From an uncultured Holophagales bacterium (GTDB taxonomy: Bacteria; Acidobacteriota; Thermoanaerobaculia; Multivoradales; UBA5704): 64,000 nucleotides of DNA. The notes beneath the pieces were generated by a model. That model ran no database searches and had not been told where the DNA came from. It saw only the letters and a list, made by a program, of their open reading frames with translations. The stretch lies in the NCBI GenBank assembly GCA_963842525.1, contig CAWJGT010000032.1:96001-160000 (forward strand), given 5' to 3'. The position numbers and the translations under genes are program-made. Each line of letters begins with the position of its first letter. Position 1 is the stretch's first letter. Shown here in pieces: positions 33,435 to 42,410 of the stretch.

Positions 33435-33797
33435 ATGAACCAGTTGGATCAGGTCGAGAGTGTCTATCTGCGGCAGGAGGTTCCCAGCTTCAATTCGGGG
33501 GACACGGTCCGCGTCCATGTGAAGGTCAAGGAAGGCGACAAAGAGCGCATCCAGATCTTCCAGGGCGTGATCATCGCGCGCCGCGGCGGCGGCACGCGGG
33601 AGACCTTCACCGTGCGCAAGATCTCGGGCAGCGTCGGCGTGGAGCGGATCTTCCCGCTCTGCTCGCCGTCGGTCGACCGGATCGAGGTCGTGCGGCGGGG
33701 CAAGGTGCGGCGCGCCAAGCTGTACTATCTGCGCAACCTGCGCGGCAAGGCGGCACGCATCGAAGAGCGGCGCGACGAGCCCCGCCCCCGCGGCTAG
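33435..33797 (+). CDS. rplS: 50S ribosomal protein L19
   Basis: [49 protein letters not shown]. Confidence 0.97.
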   Translation: MNQLDQVESVYLRQEVPSFNSGDTVRVHVKVKEGDKERIQIFQGVIIARRGGGTRETFTVRKISGSVGVERIFPLCSPSVDRIEVVRRGKVRRAKLYYLRNLRGKAARIEERRDEPRPRG

Positions 33798-33835
33798 GGC
33801 GCACACGCGGCGCAGGGCTCGAGAAAGGAGTCGCG

Positions 33836-34564
33836 GTGCCCAGGGCGACGACCGCAGCGGCAAACCCGGCGAGCCCGGCAGCCCCGGCTACCCCGGCTAC
33901 CCCGGCAATGATTGAGCTGTTTGCCGAGGCCTACCGCCTCCACCTCCTGCGAGGCCTGGAGGAGCGGCTCTCGCGTTGCGGCTTCTGCCGGATCGCAGGC
34001 GTCGACGAGGCGGGGCGCGGCTCGCTGGCCGGTCCCGTCGTAGCCGCCGCCGTCGTCATGGACGGCCGCCGTCTCGTGCCCGGGGTGGACGACAGCAAGC
34101 GCCTGACGGCGCCGGAACGCGAGCGGCTGGCGGACGCGATCCGTGCCAGCGCGCTCGCCTGGACCGTCGCGCAGGTGCAGGCGGACGTGATCGACCGGAT
34201 CAACATCCTGGAGGCCACCCGCCGCGCCATGTGCCAGGCCCTCTCCGGGATCCGCCCCTGCCCCGACATCGCGGTCATCGACGCCGTCGCCCTCGCGGCG
34301 GTCCCATGCCCCTGCCTCCCCCTGATCCGGGGCGATGCGGTCAGCTATGCGGTCGCCTGCGCGTCGATCCTCGCCAAGGTCGAGCGCGACCGGCAGATGG
34401 TGGCGCTCCACCAGCAGTATCCGCAGTACGGGTTCGCCGCCCACAAGGGCTATTCGGTGCCCCAGCACCTCCATGCCCTCGAAACCTTCGGCCCCTGCCC
34501 CGTGCACCGCCTGACCTATCGCCCGGTCCTCCCCCGCACCGGGTCGCCGGAGGCCCGCTGCTGA
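33836..34564 (+). CDS. rnhB: ribonuclease HII
   Basis: IAGVDEAGRGSLAGPVVAAA, DDSKRL, INILEAT, ASILAKVERD and HKGY. The start is either GTG 33836 or ATG 33908. Confidence 0.95.
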   Translation: MPRATTAAANPASPAAPATPATPAMIELFAEAYRLHLLRGLEERLSRCGFCRIAGVDEAGRGSLAGPVVAAAVVMDGRRLVPGVDDSKRLTAPERERLADAIRASALAWTVAQVQADVIDRINILEATRRAMCQALSGIRPCPDIAVIDAVALAAVPCPCLPLIRGDAVSYAVACASILAKVERDRQMVALHQQYPQYGFAAHKGYSVPQHLHALETFGPCPVHRLTYRPVLPRTGSPEARC

Positions 34565-37119
34565 TGGCCGTCTCCCGCGAGCAGATCGTCCAGTCCGCCG
34601 AAAAGTACGTGGCGCGCGGCAAGATCGAGCCGGCGATCCGCGAATACCGCAAGCTCCTGGCGGAAAACCCGAACGACATCAACACCCTGAACCGGGTCGG
34701 GGACCTCTACGCCCGCATCCAGCGCAACGACGAGGCCATCGATTTCTTCACGCAGATCGCCGAGCAGTACACGGCCGAGGGCTTCTTCGTCAAGGCGATC
34801 GCGATCTACAAGAAGATCATCAAGCTCGACCCGACGCGGCTGGAGGTCTACGAGCAGCTCGCCGAGCTGTACGGCAAGCAGGGCCTGATCAACGAGGCGC
34901 GCACCCAGTATCAGGTGCTCGCCGACTACTACCAGAAGCACGACAATGCGGCCTCGGCCATCGCCATCTATCAGAAGATGGCCCAGCTCGAGCCGGACAA
35001 CCCGACCTATCACGTCAAGCTCGCCGAGATCTATCACCAGCAGCAGCTCATCGAGAAGGCCATGGGGGAGTACCGCGTCATCGCCGAGCTGATGCTGCAG
35101 CACGGCCGGCCGCAGGAGGCGGCGCAGGTCTACGAGCGGGCCCTCGACATCGACAGCCAGAACCTCGTCTTCATCGAAGAAGCTGCGGACAGGCTGCGCG
35201 GCGCGGGCCACGCCGCGGGGGCCGACCATTTCCTGGTGATCGCGGTCGAGCGCAATCCCAAGGCGCAGGAGATCGCCCGCCGGCCCCAGCCGGCGCAGGA
35301 CGACCGGACCACCCGCACGCTCGATCTCGCGCCCGAGCCCGATGTTGATGTCATTGCCGAGCCCGAGCCGCCGCGGCGCCGGGCCGCTCCGCCGGAGCCG
35401 GAGGAACCGGACGACCAGCTCGATCTCACCTTCGGCGGCGACGACCTGGCGCGCGCCATGGCGGAAGCCGAGGCCGCGGTCGCGGGCGCTCCAGCCCGGG
35501 CTGCCGCGCCGGCTGCCGACGCGGCCGACGAAATCGAGCTCGACCTCGAGCTCGACCTCGACCTGGCGGACGTGTTCGAGGTCGACCTGCCGGATGAGGA
35601 CGAGGCGCCGTCCAGCCTGGTGCGGCCGCCGGCAGACCTCCTGGAGGCGCCGCGCCGGCCGGCCTGGTCGCAGGAGGCCGGGCAACCCGTGGAAGCCGCG
35701 TCGCCGGCGTCGCCGACATCGCCAGTTACCGAGCCCGAAGCCGAGGTCGAGCTGTCGCTCGACGACGACGCCTTTCTGCTCCCGGAGATCGAGATCGAGC
35801 CGGCTTCCGCCGTGGAGGAGCCGGCCGAGCCCGCCCTGGAGCTGGAGCCCGAGGCGGAGGCCGCGACGCAGGAGGCCGAGCGCGAAGAGGACCTCGTCTC
35901 CGAAGCCGAGGTGCTGGCCAAGTACGGGCTGGAGGACAAGGCGGTCGAACGGCTGGGCGAAGCCCTGCGGCTGCGGCCCGATCACCTGCAGGCCCTTGCC
36001 CTGCTCCTCCAGATCCACCTCGGCAAGGGGCACCACACCCACGTGGTGGAGCTGGCGAACCGGATGGCCGGAGCCGCCGAACGGAAGAAGAACCGCGATC
36101 CCTGGCAGAAGGTCCGCAAGAAGCTGCTGGACGCCGGCTACCGGCTGGACGGCGACCACGTGGCGTCCGGTCCGCAGGTGGCGCGCATCTCCGCCTCGGC
36201 CGATCAGGTGGACGAGCTGCTGCGCGGGCTGGTCGACAAGGCCCCGGCCACGCCGCGCCCGCGGCCGGCAGCGCCTCCGGCGGCTCCTCCCGAACCCATG
36301 GCGCCCTCGTCGCCGCCGGCCCCGCCGCCCCCTCCTCTGCCGGCCGGACGGGCCATCTTCAACCCGCTCCAGATCGCGGACCTGGTCGAGCGCGAGGGGG
36401 AGGAAGTGGACTGGCTGCCGGTGGAAGAGTCGGTCCTTCCCGGGAAGCCGGCCCCGCCCCAGCTCGTCTCCGACTTCGCCTCGCTGGACGACACCGGCAG
36501 CATGAGCTGGCTCGACGAGGCGGACCGGACCCGGGAGGAAAAGGCGGCTGGGGGGGCGGGAGGCGCGGAAGCCAGCGCGGCCGAGCTGTTCGCCGAGGAG
36601 GACGACTTCTTCGACCTGGCGGGCGAGCTCGTGGAGGAGCTGTCGAAGGAGGAGGTCTTCCAGCGCGACGGCGTGATGGTCCAGGCGGAGCAGACGCTGG
36701 AAGAGATCGTCGAAGGCTTCAAGAAAGGCGTCGCCGAGCACCTGTCGCCGACCGACTACGACACCCATTTCAACCTGGGGATCGCCTACCGCGAGATGGG
36801 GCTCCTCGACGAGGCGATCGGCGAGTTCCAGCTCGCCGCCAAGGACGTCCGGTACTTCGTGCTCTGCTGCTCGATGCTCGGCCTCTGCTTCCTCGACAAG
36901 GGCCTGCCGGAGCTGGCGATCAAGTGGTACCGCCGCGCCCTGGAGGCGCCCGGCATCAGCGAGGACGACAGCCTCGGGATGCTCTACGACCTGGGCAACG
37001 TCTACATGCAGATGGGCGATCAGGCGACCGCCTACAAGACCTTCGTGGATCTGTACGGCATCAACAGCAACTACCGCGACGTCGTGGCCAAGCTCGAAGA
37101 GCTCGGCCGGCCGCGCTAG
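34564..37119 (+). CDS. large TPR protein with acidic linker (SgmX/FimV-like architecture)
   Basis: N-terminal TPRs (GFFVKAIAIYKKI), an acidic low-complexity middle, and C-terminal DTHFNLGIAYREMGLLDEAIGEFQ..YRDV. Confidence 0.85.
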   Translation: MAVSREQIVQSAEKYVARGKIEPAIREYRKLLAENPNDINTLNRVGDLYARIQRNDEAIDFFTQIAEQYTAEGFFVKAIAIYKKIIKLDPTRLEVYEQLAELYGKQGLINEARTQYQVLADYYQKHDNAASAIAIYQKMAQLEPDNPTYHVKLAEIYHQQQLIEKAMGEYRVIAELMLQHGRPQEAAQVYERALDIDSQNLVFIEEAADRLRGAGHAAGADHFLVIAVERNPKAQEIARRPQPAQDDRTTRTLDLAPEPDVDVIAEPEPPRRRAAPPEPEEPDDQLDLTFGGDDLARAMAEAEAAVAGAPARAAAPAADAADEIELDLELDLDLADVFEVDLPDEDEAPSSLVRPPADLLEAPRRPAWSQEAGQPVEAASPASPTSPVTEPEAEVELSLDDDAFLLPEIEIEPASAVEEPAEPALELEPEAEAATQEAEREEDLVSEAEVLAKYGLEDKAVERLGEALRLRPDHLQALALLLQIHLGKGHHTHVVELANRMAGAAERKKNRDPWQKVRKKLLDAGYRLDGDHVASGPQVARISASADQVDELLRGLVDKAPATPRPRPAAPPAAPPEPMAPSSPPAPPPPPLPAGRAIFNPLQIADLVEREGEEVDWLPVEESVLPGKPAPPQLVSDFASLDDTGSMSWLDEADRTREEKAAGGAGGAEASAAELFAEEDDFFDLAGELVEELSKEEVFQRDGVMVQAEQTLEEIVEGFKKGVAEHLSPTDYDTHFNLGIAYREMGLLDEAIGEFQLAAKDVRYFVLCCSMLGLCFLDKGLPELAIKWYRRALEAPGISEDDSLGMLYDLGNVYMQMGDQATAYKTFVDLYGINSNYRDVVAKLEELGRPR

Positions 37120-37129
37120 CCACCCCCGT

Positions 37130-37424
37130 CCAGCGCATGCTCCGCAAACCCAGCGTCACCTCACGCTGGCGCAGCGTCCCGAGACGCTGGCCCAGCGTAC
37201 GCTCCGCAAAACCAGTGTGAGCTCACGCTGGCGCAGAGTCCCGGGACGCTGGCCCAGCGTGCGCTCCGCAAAACCAGCGTGAGCTCACGCTGGAGCAGAG
37301 TCCCGGGACACTGGCCCAGCGTGCGCTCCGCAAATCCAGCGTGAGCTCACGCTGGCGCAGAGTCCCGGGACGCTGGCCCAGCGTACGCTCCGCAAAACCA
37401 GCGTGAGCTCACGCTGGCGCAGCG
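37130..37424. repeat. ~4.7 x 62-bp tandem array built from three ~21-bp palindromic sub-units
   Basis: GCTCCGCAAA recurs at 37139, 37201, 37263, 37325 and 37387. The unit includes the palindrome CCAGCGTGAGCTCACGCTGG and the near-palindrome CAG(A/C)GTCCCGGGACGCTG. Confidence 0.9.
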
Positions 37425-37445
37425 GGCGAGCCGAACGGTCCATTC

Positions 37446-37539
37446 TAGCCCCGCGAGGGGCGACCGGAATTAGCCCGGGATTTCAATCCCGGGAATCCAG
37501 GCCCCCCACCCATCCCAAGCCCCGCCAGGGGCGACAGGA
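37446..37539 (+). repeat. REP-like element, left of tnpA
   Basis: TAGCCCCGCGAGGGGCGAC..TAGCCCGGGATTTCAATCCCGGG..AGCCCCGCCAGGGGCGACAGGA. Confidence 0.85.
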
Positions 37540-37613
37540 CCCTCCGCTCCCGTTGCGAGATCCCGCAATCCGCATTACGATCTCCCGCACAATCTGGCCA
37601 TTGGACCAAGACC

Positions 37614-38069
37614 ATGCGGGACACATACTCGAAACTCAACTACCACCTCGTCTTCAGTACGAAGAACCGCGTCCCTCTGATCAAGGACACCTTCCGTGAT
37701 GCGCTCTATGCCTACATGGGAGGGATCCTTCGAGGCAACGGCGGTGTCCTTCTGATTGCGGGAGGTATGCCGGACCATGTCCACCTCCTGACGGGATGGG
37801 GGACGAGCATCTCGGTCGCCAAGATGCTGCAACTCATCAAGGGAAACTCCTCGAAATGGATGAATGAGCGGCCCGACGCGCCGGTGGGAGGCTTCAATTG
37901 GCAGCCCGGCTACGGAGCCTTCACGGTGAGCGCCTCAAAGATTCCGGAGGTACGAAATTACATTCGAAACCAGGAGGAACACCACTGGAAGATGACCTTC
38001 GAAGAGGAGCTCATGGAGCTGTTGAGGCGGCATGGAGTCGAATACAATCCGGAGGATTTCGAGGAATGA
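37614..38069 (+). mobile_element. tnpA: IS200/IS605-family Y1 (HUH) transposase, RAYT-like
   Basis: YHLVFSTKNR, GGMPDHVHLL (HUH), IKGNSSKW, FNWQPGYGAFTVS and YIRNQEEHH. No tnpB is present. Confidence 0.92.
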
Positions 38070-38070
38070 T

Positions 38071-38160
38071 TCCTGTCGCCCCTGGCGGGGCTTCGGCGTT
38101 GGGGGGCCCGGTCCCCGGGATTGAAATCCCGGGCTAATTCCGGCCGCCCCTGGCGGGGCT
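38071..38160 (-). repeat. REP-like element, right of tnpA (inverted)
   Basis: TCCTGTCGCCCCTGGCGGGGCT..CCCGGGATTGAAATCCCGGGCTAATTCCGG..GCCCCTGGCGGGGCT is the reverse complement of the left copy. Confidence 0.85.
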
Positions 38161-38176
38161 GGGGAGCAGCGTGTGC

Positions 38177-38285
38177 TTGCCGCTCTTCCATCGCTACATC
38201 GGGATCGACGACTTCGGCGCTGCAAAGCCTTCGAGCCACCTGCGTGGACTGACGGCCTTCGTCGCCGACCGCGAAAACGAGCTGG
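38177..38285 (+). pseudogene. diverged inverted copy of the 5' end of the DUF429-like gene
   Basis: Translates PLFHRYIGIDDFGAAKPSSHLRGLTAFVADRENE, versus PLFHRYIGIDYSGAATPSSLLRGLTVFVADRESE at 39698 (-). Confidence 0.75.
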
Positions 38286-38313
38286 CTCCGCGGCAACTCG
38301 CCGCGATCCTACC

Positions 38314-38621
38314 TGTCGGCTTCCAAATTATTTCGTGACCGCCGTGCCGTTTCTGGCCGGATTCCACCGCCCCGTGAGTACGGTTTCGCACTCTCCCGTC
38401 TTCACCTCGTACCCAGCCTCCTCAGACGCGAGTTGGCGGGGTCAAGGGCGAAGCCGCGTAGCGGGCGACGAAGTCGACCCTTGACCCCGCCAACTCGCGT
38501 CGAGACAATCCGGGAAACGAGGTGAAACAGCGCGAGAAACGCCTCCCTCGAGTGCCTCACGGTCAAGCCCCACACCGAAATAAACCGGAAAAGCGGCCAC
38601 GGAATTACGCGGGGCTCGACA
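38314..38621. mobile_element. 308-bp non-autonomous element (MITE) with TGT..ACA ends and 5-bp TSD
   Basis: CTACC|TGTCGGC...GCTCGACA|CTACC, imperfect ~30-bp terminal IRs, and an internal perfect 24-bp IR GACGCGAGTTGGCGGGGTCAAGGG / CCCTTGACCCCGCCAACTCGCGTC. Confidence 0.7.
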
Positions 38622-38722
38622 CTACCCTGGTGGAGCAGTCGCCTATGCTAGCTGCTTGAAGTCCCTGGCATCTCTCTCGGGCAGTCCATCCTAGCCCCAA
38701 TACCGTTCACTTTAGCTGAAAT

Positions 38723-38773
38723 GTAGGGGCGGGGCTTGCCCCCGCCCCGGGAGGGGACGAGCCCCTCCCCTAC
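38723..38773. repeat. GTAG-family REP doublet (REPIN-like)
   Basis: GTAGGGGCGGGGCTTGCCCCCGCCCC...GGGGACGAGCCCCTCCCCTAC. Confidence 0.65.
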
Positions 38774-38806
38774 GCAGAGAATCGCTTAAATGAACAGCAT
38801 TGATCC

Positions 38807-38900
38807 TAGCCCCGCTGAGGGGCGACCGAAATTAGCCCGGGATTTCAATCCCGGGAACCCAGGCCCCCACCAATTCCAAGCCCCGCCAGGGGCGACAGGA
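38807..38900 (+). repeat. third copy of the tnpA-flanking REP-like element
   Basis: TAGCCCCGCTGAGGGGCGAC..TAGCCCGGGATTTCAATCCCGGG..AAGCCCCGCCAGGGGCGACAGGA. Confidence 0.85.
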
Positions 38901-38927
38901 ACCTTCCGCTCGCTCCGCAAACCAGCG

Positions 38928-39698
38928 TCAGCTTACCCCCAGAATCCACCCCTCCACCCGGGCCTGCCGGGCCTCCGCGTCATCCAGAGGCGGCTGGAAG
39001 TACGGTGCCAGACAACCCTTCTCGTCCCGGTCCTTCAGCCACCGGCATACCAGCCAGGCGTCCCGCTCGTCCGGATTGAGACGAGGAGGATCGTAGCGCC
39101 GCCGGAACACGCGCGGATACACCTCGGCGACAACCGACCGTCCAGTGGGCACCGTGAAACCGTCGAACGGCCAGAAATGGACCGTGCCGGCCGTTTCCTG
39201 GCGGAGCCACCGCAGCCAGGGAATCCCCGCATGGGTCGAGAAGAACACATTCGGACCTTGCGCCCTCCAGCCGGAGCACAGCGGCATGGCCGTGGGAGCC
39301 CAGCGATCGGTGAGCCGCAAGGTCCGCTCGTGCCGTCCCAGCATCTCCAGATTCGGTTCAAGACACGCCTTGACGGGCAAATCCCGGGTCGGCCAACGCC
39401 CCTCGAACCACTCCAGAAACTCGTCCCACGAGCCCAGACCCGCCTCATCGAGGGCCGCGAGCGGATAGGAAAACGCGTGGTCGATCCCAACGACCGTCGG
39501 AACATCCTCCAGGAGACGCTCGCGGAGCCAGAAGGCGAGATCCTGGCGGCCCCACTTCCGGCTCCTGGAACCCGGAGAGCCCTGTTGCCGAGGCTCGCTT
39601 TCGCGATCCGCGACGAAGACCGTCAGGCCGCGCAGAAGGCTCGAAGGCGTTGCGGCGCCGGAGTAGTCGATCCCGATGTAGCGGTGGAAGAGCGGCAC
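38928..39698 (-). CDS. DUF429-like predicted RNase H-fold nuclease
   Basis: Acidic motifs YIGIDYSGA, VVGIDHAFSYP, HFWPFDG, VVAEVYP and DERDA. Confidence 0.65.
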   Translation of the reverse strand: MPLFHRYIGIDYSGAATPSSLLRGLTVFVADRESEPRQQGSPGSRSRKWGRQDLAFWLRERLLEDVPTVVGIDHAFSYPLAALDEAGLGSWDEFLEWFEGRWPTRDLPVKACLEPNLEMLGRHERTLRLTDRWAPTAMPLCSGWRAQGPNVFFSTHAGIPWLRWLRQETAGTVHFWPFDGFTVPTGRSVVAEVYPRVFRRRYDPPRLNPDERDAWLVCRWLKDRDEKGCLAPYFQPPLDDAEARQARVEGWILGVS

Positions 39699-39793
39699 GG
39701 CGACGTCAGAGTAGCGAAAGCGGTCACTTCTGAACAACAACGAGGCTTTGGGTGTCTCTCTCTTCAGGAGTTGTCTGGATGGGTAGCTGGAGT

Positions 39794-40213
39794 ATGTGGC
39801 CTCGCCGAAGCAGGAGCCCGAGATTTCCTAACCGGGGAGCCGGCACCCTGCTCGTTCTCGCCGTAGCCGGGATTCTCTTCACCACCTGGAGGGTCCTCAC
39901 TCCAACAGAGCGGCAGGCCAATCCGCCCGAGAGGCCGGTCGAACTGCCGCCGCGCCCTCTCCTGCCAAAGCCAGCGACGGAGGAGCCCCCTGAGGACCCG
40001 GAGCCATCAGAAGCATGCCCGGAGGGTTGCACCTCTTCGAAGCCCGGGTGCGTCATCAAGGGGAACAGCTCCCGGAGGACGGGAGAACGCATCTACCACT
40101 TGCCCGGCCAAAGGTACTACGACAGGACAGTGATCTCGCCCGAGGACGGGGAAAGGTGGTTTTGTACCGAGGAGGAAGCCGAAGCGAACGGCTGGCGGCG
40201 GGCGAAGGTGTGA
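39794..40213 (+). CDS. membrane-anchored protein with C-terminal ExoI/'sunset'-type domain (often appended to nucleases)
   Basis: A TM segment and Pro-rich linker, then CVIKGN..GERIYHLPGQRYYDRTVI..GERWFCTEEEAEANGWRRAK. Confidence 0.75.
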   Translation: MWPRRSRSPRFPNRGAGTLLVLAVAGILFTTWRVLTPTERQANPPERPVELPPRPLLPKPATEEPPEDPEPSEACPEGCTSSKPGCVIKGNSSRRTGERIYHLPGQRYYDRTVISPEDGERWFCTEEEAEANGWRRAKV

Positions 40214-40402
40214 GGCAGACCGGAAGGCGCGGGATTGCTGACTCTACCCCATCACCCTCCTGCATCGAGCACTCGGAGAACCGATTGACGCAACGAGGGA
40301 CTGTGTTATAGAGTGAGCGCAAGCTGAAGAAGTGCAGGTTACCAAGCGAGTTAGGGTGCCCTTTGTTTCCGCTTGGCCCTCGCGATCGGAAGAATATAAA
40401 GC

Positions 40403-42283
40403 ATGAACGCAAACGCAATACCACTTCTTGCGATATTCGGGGCGAAGATGCGTCTCGAGGTTCCTCTATTCCAGCGCCAATACGTCTGGGGAAGAGATCA
40501 GCAATGGGACCCTCTATGGGAGGATATTGAACGCAAATTCAGAGAGTATCTCGAAGGGCGCAATGACGCGCCTGTTCACTTTCTGGGAGCCATGGTTCTA
40601 GATCAGAAGCAAACGCCGACAACCCATGTAGAAAAACGCCAGGTTATTGACGGTCAGCAACGTCTTACAACTATCCAAGTTTTCCTGGCCGCCTTCCGGG
40701 ACGTTTGCCGAGAAAGTCAGTGCACCGATCTTGCGGATGAGTGTGAATCATTCACGTTGAATCGAGGGATGATGGCTAACCCAGAGGCAGATCGTTTTAA
40801 GGTCTGGCCAACTCAGCTTGATCGACAGCAGTTCGCCGATGTCATTCTTTCTGGATCTCGATCAGCATTAGAAGAAAAGCATCCTCTCGTCAAGCGGAAG
40901 TATGCCCACAAGCCGATGCCCCGACCGCGCATGGTCGAAGCGTATCTTTTCTTTCACGACAGGTTGTCAGAGTTTTTCCTGGGTTCTGTTGAAGAGCCGC
41001 CTCTCGCGGCCGATGCGCCTCTTTCTGCACGAATGGAGGAGTGCTTCCAGGCACTGAAAAATTCTTTTAAGGTTGTTGTAATTGATCTGGATCATGATGA
41101 CGATGCCCAGGTTATATTTGAAACTCTGAATGCTCGGGGCGAGCCGCTGTTGCCAGCCGACCTGCTCAGAAATTATATCTTCTTGCGCGCGGCCAGGCGC
41201 GGCGAAGAGTCCGAGGAACTATATAATCGTTACTGGAAAAATTTTGACGATCCATTTTGGCGCGAGGAAGTCCGCCAAGGAAGACTCAGTCGTCCGCGCA
41301 GCGATCTGTATATGCAGCACTTCCTCACTGGCCGCCTTGGAACCGATATCCCTGTTAAGCACCTCTTCGTAGAATATAAGAATTGGATCGAACGAAGGCA
41401 GCCATTTTCCACAGTGGGCGAGGAACTGGCTACGCTAGCAAGGCAGGGCGATCATTTTCGTCGCATCATCGCACCCCAAAAAGACGATGTACTCTATAGT
41501 CTCGTAACATTTCTGGACCTCTTTGACATTCGGTCCGCTTACCCACTCCTCCTCTGGTTTCTTAATGCAGGCCTTGATGAGTCGGAATGGCGGCAAGTAT
41601 CCAGAATTTTAGAATCATATCTGCTTCGACGCGCCATCTGCGGCATGCACACAAAAAACTACACTCGTGTTTTTCTCACGCTCACGAGAGGTCTTCAAGC
41701 AGGTAGTTCTTATGCAGAGCACATTGCCAGGCATTTGAGTAGCCTCACGAGCAGCTCAGGAGAGTGGCCAAAAGACGAAAATTTTCAAAATGCTTGGGAG
41801 ACCGGCCATATCTTTCAGAGACTTCAGAGCCCAAAGATAGTTCACATCTTCCGTCGCCTGAATGAGACATATCTGACAGCCAAAAGCGAGAGTATCAGCA
41901 TTGTCGGTCAACTCACAATTGAGCACATCCTTCCACAGAACTGGCTTGATCATTGGCCTCTCGCAGACGGTTCGCGGGGTCTCACTCCGCAGGAGATGTC
42001 GTCGGCTTCTGAAGATGATTTGAGAGCAGCGGCAACACGCCGGAGAAGCTTAGCGCTCCATACACTCGGGAACCTCACCATTATGACTCAGCCTCTGAAC
42101 TCTGCGACTTCCAACAACTGTTGGCATCTTAAAAAAACGGCTCTCCTGGATTCTTCGCTCCTGCCCCTCAATCAGCAACTCCGTGATGTCGAACAATGGG
42201 ACGAAGAAGCCATTCAACGGCGCGCTAAGGAACTTTTTCGTCGTGCCTTACAGATCTGGCCAGCTCCACCCGCAATCAGCTAG
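40403..42283 (+). CDS. GmrSD-family (DUF262 + DUF1524/HNH) modification-dependent restriction endonuclease
   Basis: VPLFQRQYVW, HFLGAMV, VIDGQQRLTT, IFETLNARG, TIEHILPQ and LGNLT. Visibly AT-richer than the flanks. Confidence 0.9.
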   Translation: MNANAIPLLAIFGAKMRLEVPLFQRQYVWGRDQQWDPLWEDIERKFREYLEGRNDAPVHFLGAMVLDQKQTPTTHVEKRQVIDGQQRLTTIQVFLAAFRDVCRESQCTDLADECESFTLNRGMMANPEADRFKVWPTQLDRQQFADVILSGSRSALEEKHPLVKRKYAHKPMPRPRMVEAYLFFHDRLSEFFLGSVEEPPLAADAPLSARMEECFQALKNSFKVVVIDLDHDDDAQVIFETLNARGEPLLPADLLRNYIFLRAARRGEESEELYNRYWKNFDDPFWREEVRQGRLSRPRSDLYMQHFLTGRLGTDIPVKHLFVEYKNWIERRQPFSTVGEELATLARQGDHFRRIIAPQKDDVLYSLVTFLDLFDIRSAYPLLLWFLNAGLDESEWRQVSRILESYLLRRAICGMHTKNYTRVFLTLTRGLQAGSSYAEHIARHLSSLTSSSGEWPKDENFQNAWETGHIFQRLQSPKIVHIFRRLNETYLTAKSESISIVGQLTIEHILPQNWLDHWPLADGSRGLTPQEMSSASEDDLRAAATRRRSLALHTLGNLTIMTQPLNSATSNNCWHLKKTALLDSSLLPLNQQLRDVEQWDEEAIQRRAKELFRRALQIWPAPPAIS

Positions 42284-42410
42284 TCCGATCACAAGCGAGG
42301 CCGGAGGTGCCGGGGGGATGGGATCGGGTTCCCCATCGCTGGATGCAACGAGGAGCGCCCCCTGGACCGGACTGTTGTGCGTGTCCGACTATAATTGCTC
42401 GCGCTCGCCC

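Noticed and set aside
33866-33907. 9-bp CCCGGCNNN repeats at the rnhB 5' end
   Set aside because: This is a short low-complexity PA(T/A/S) extension or leader with no evidence of function.
34516-36768. Long antisense ORFs (also 5823-7982, 31899-33863, 59000-61438)
   Set aside because: These are shadow ORFs of real genes in high-GC DNA with no recognisable motifs.
37130-37424. 62-bp array as a CRISPR or other guide array
   Set aside because: The units are near-identical along their whole length, with no variable spacers, and there are no cas genes in the window.
37614-39698. tnpA + structured RNA + RNase H-fold gene as an IS605/TnpB-like RNA-guided system
   Set aside because: The nuclease is convergent and lacks TnpB/IscB RuvC and zinc-finger motifs. 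The structured segment has its own TSD, indicating an independent insertion.
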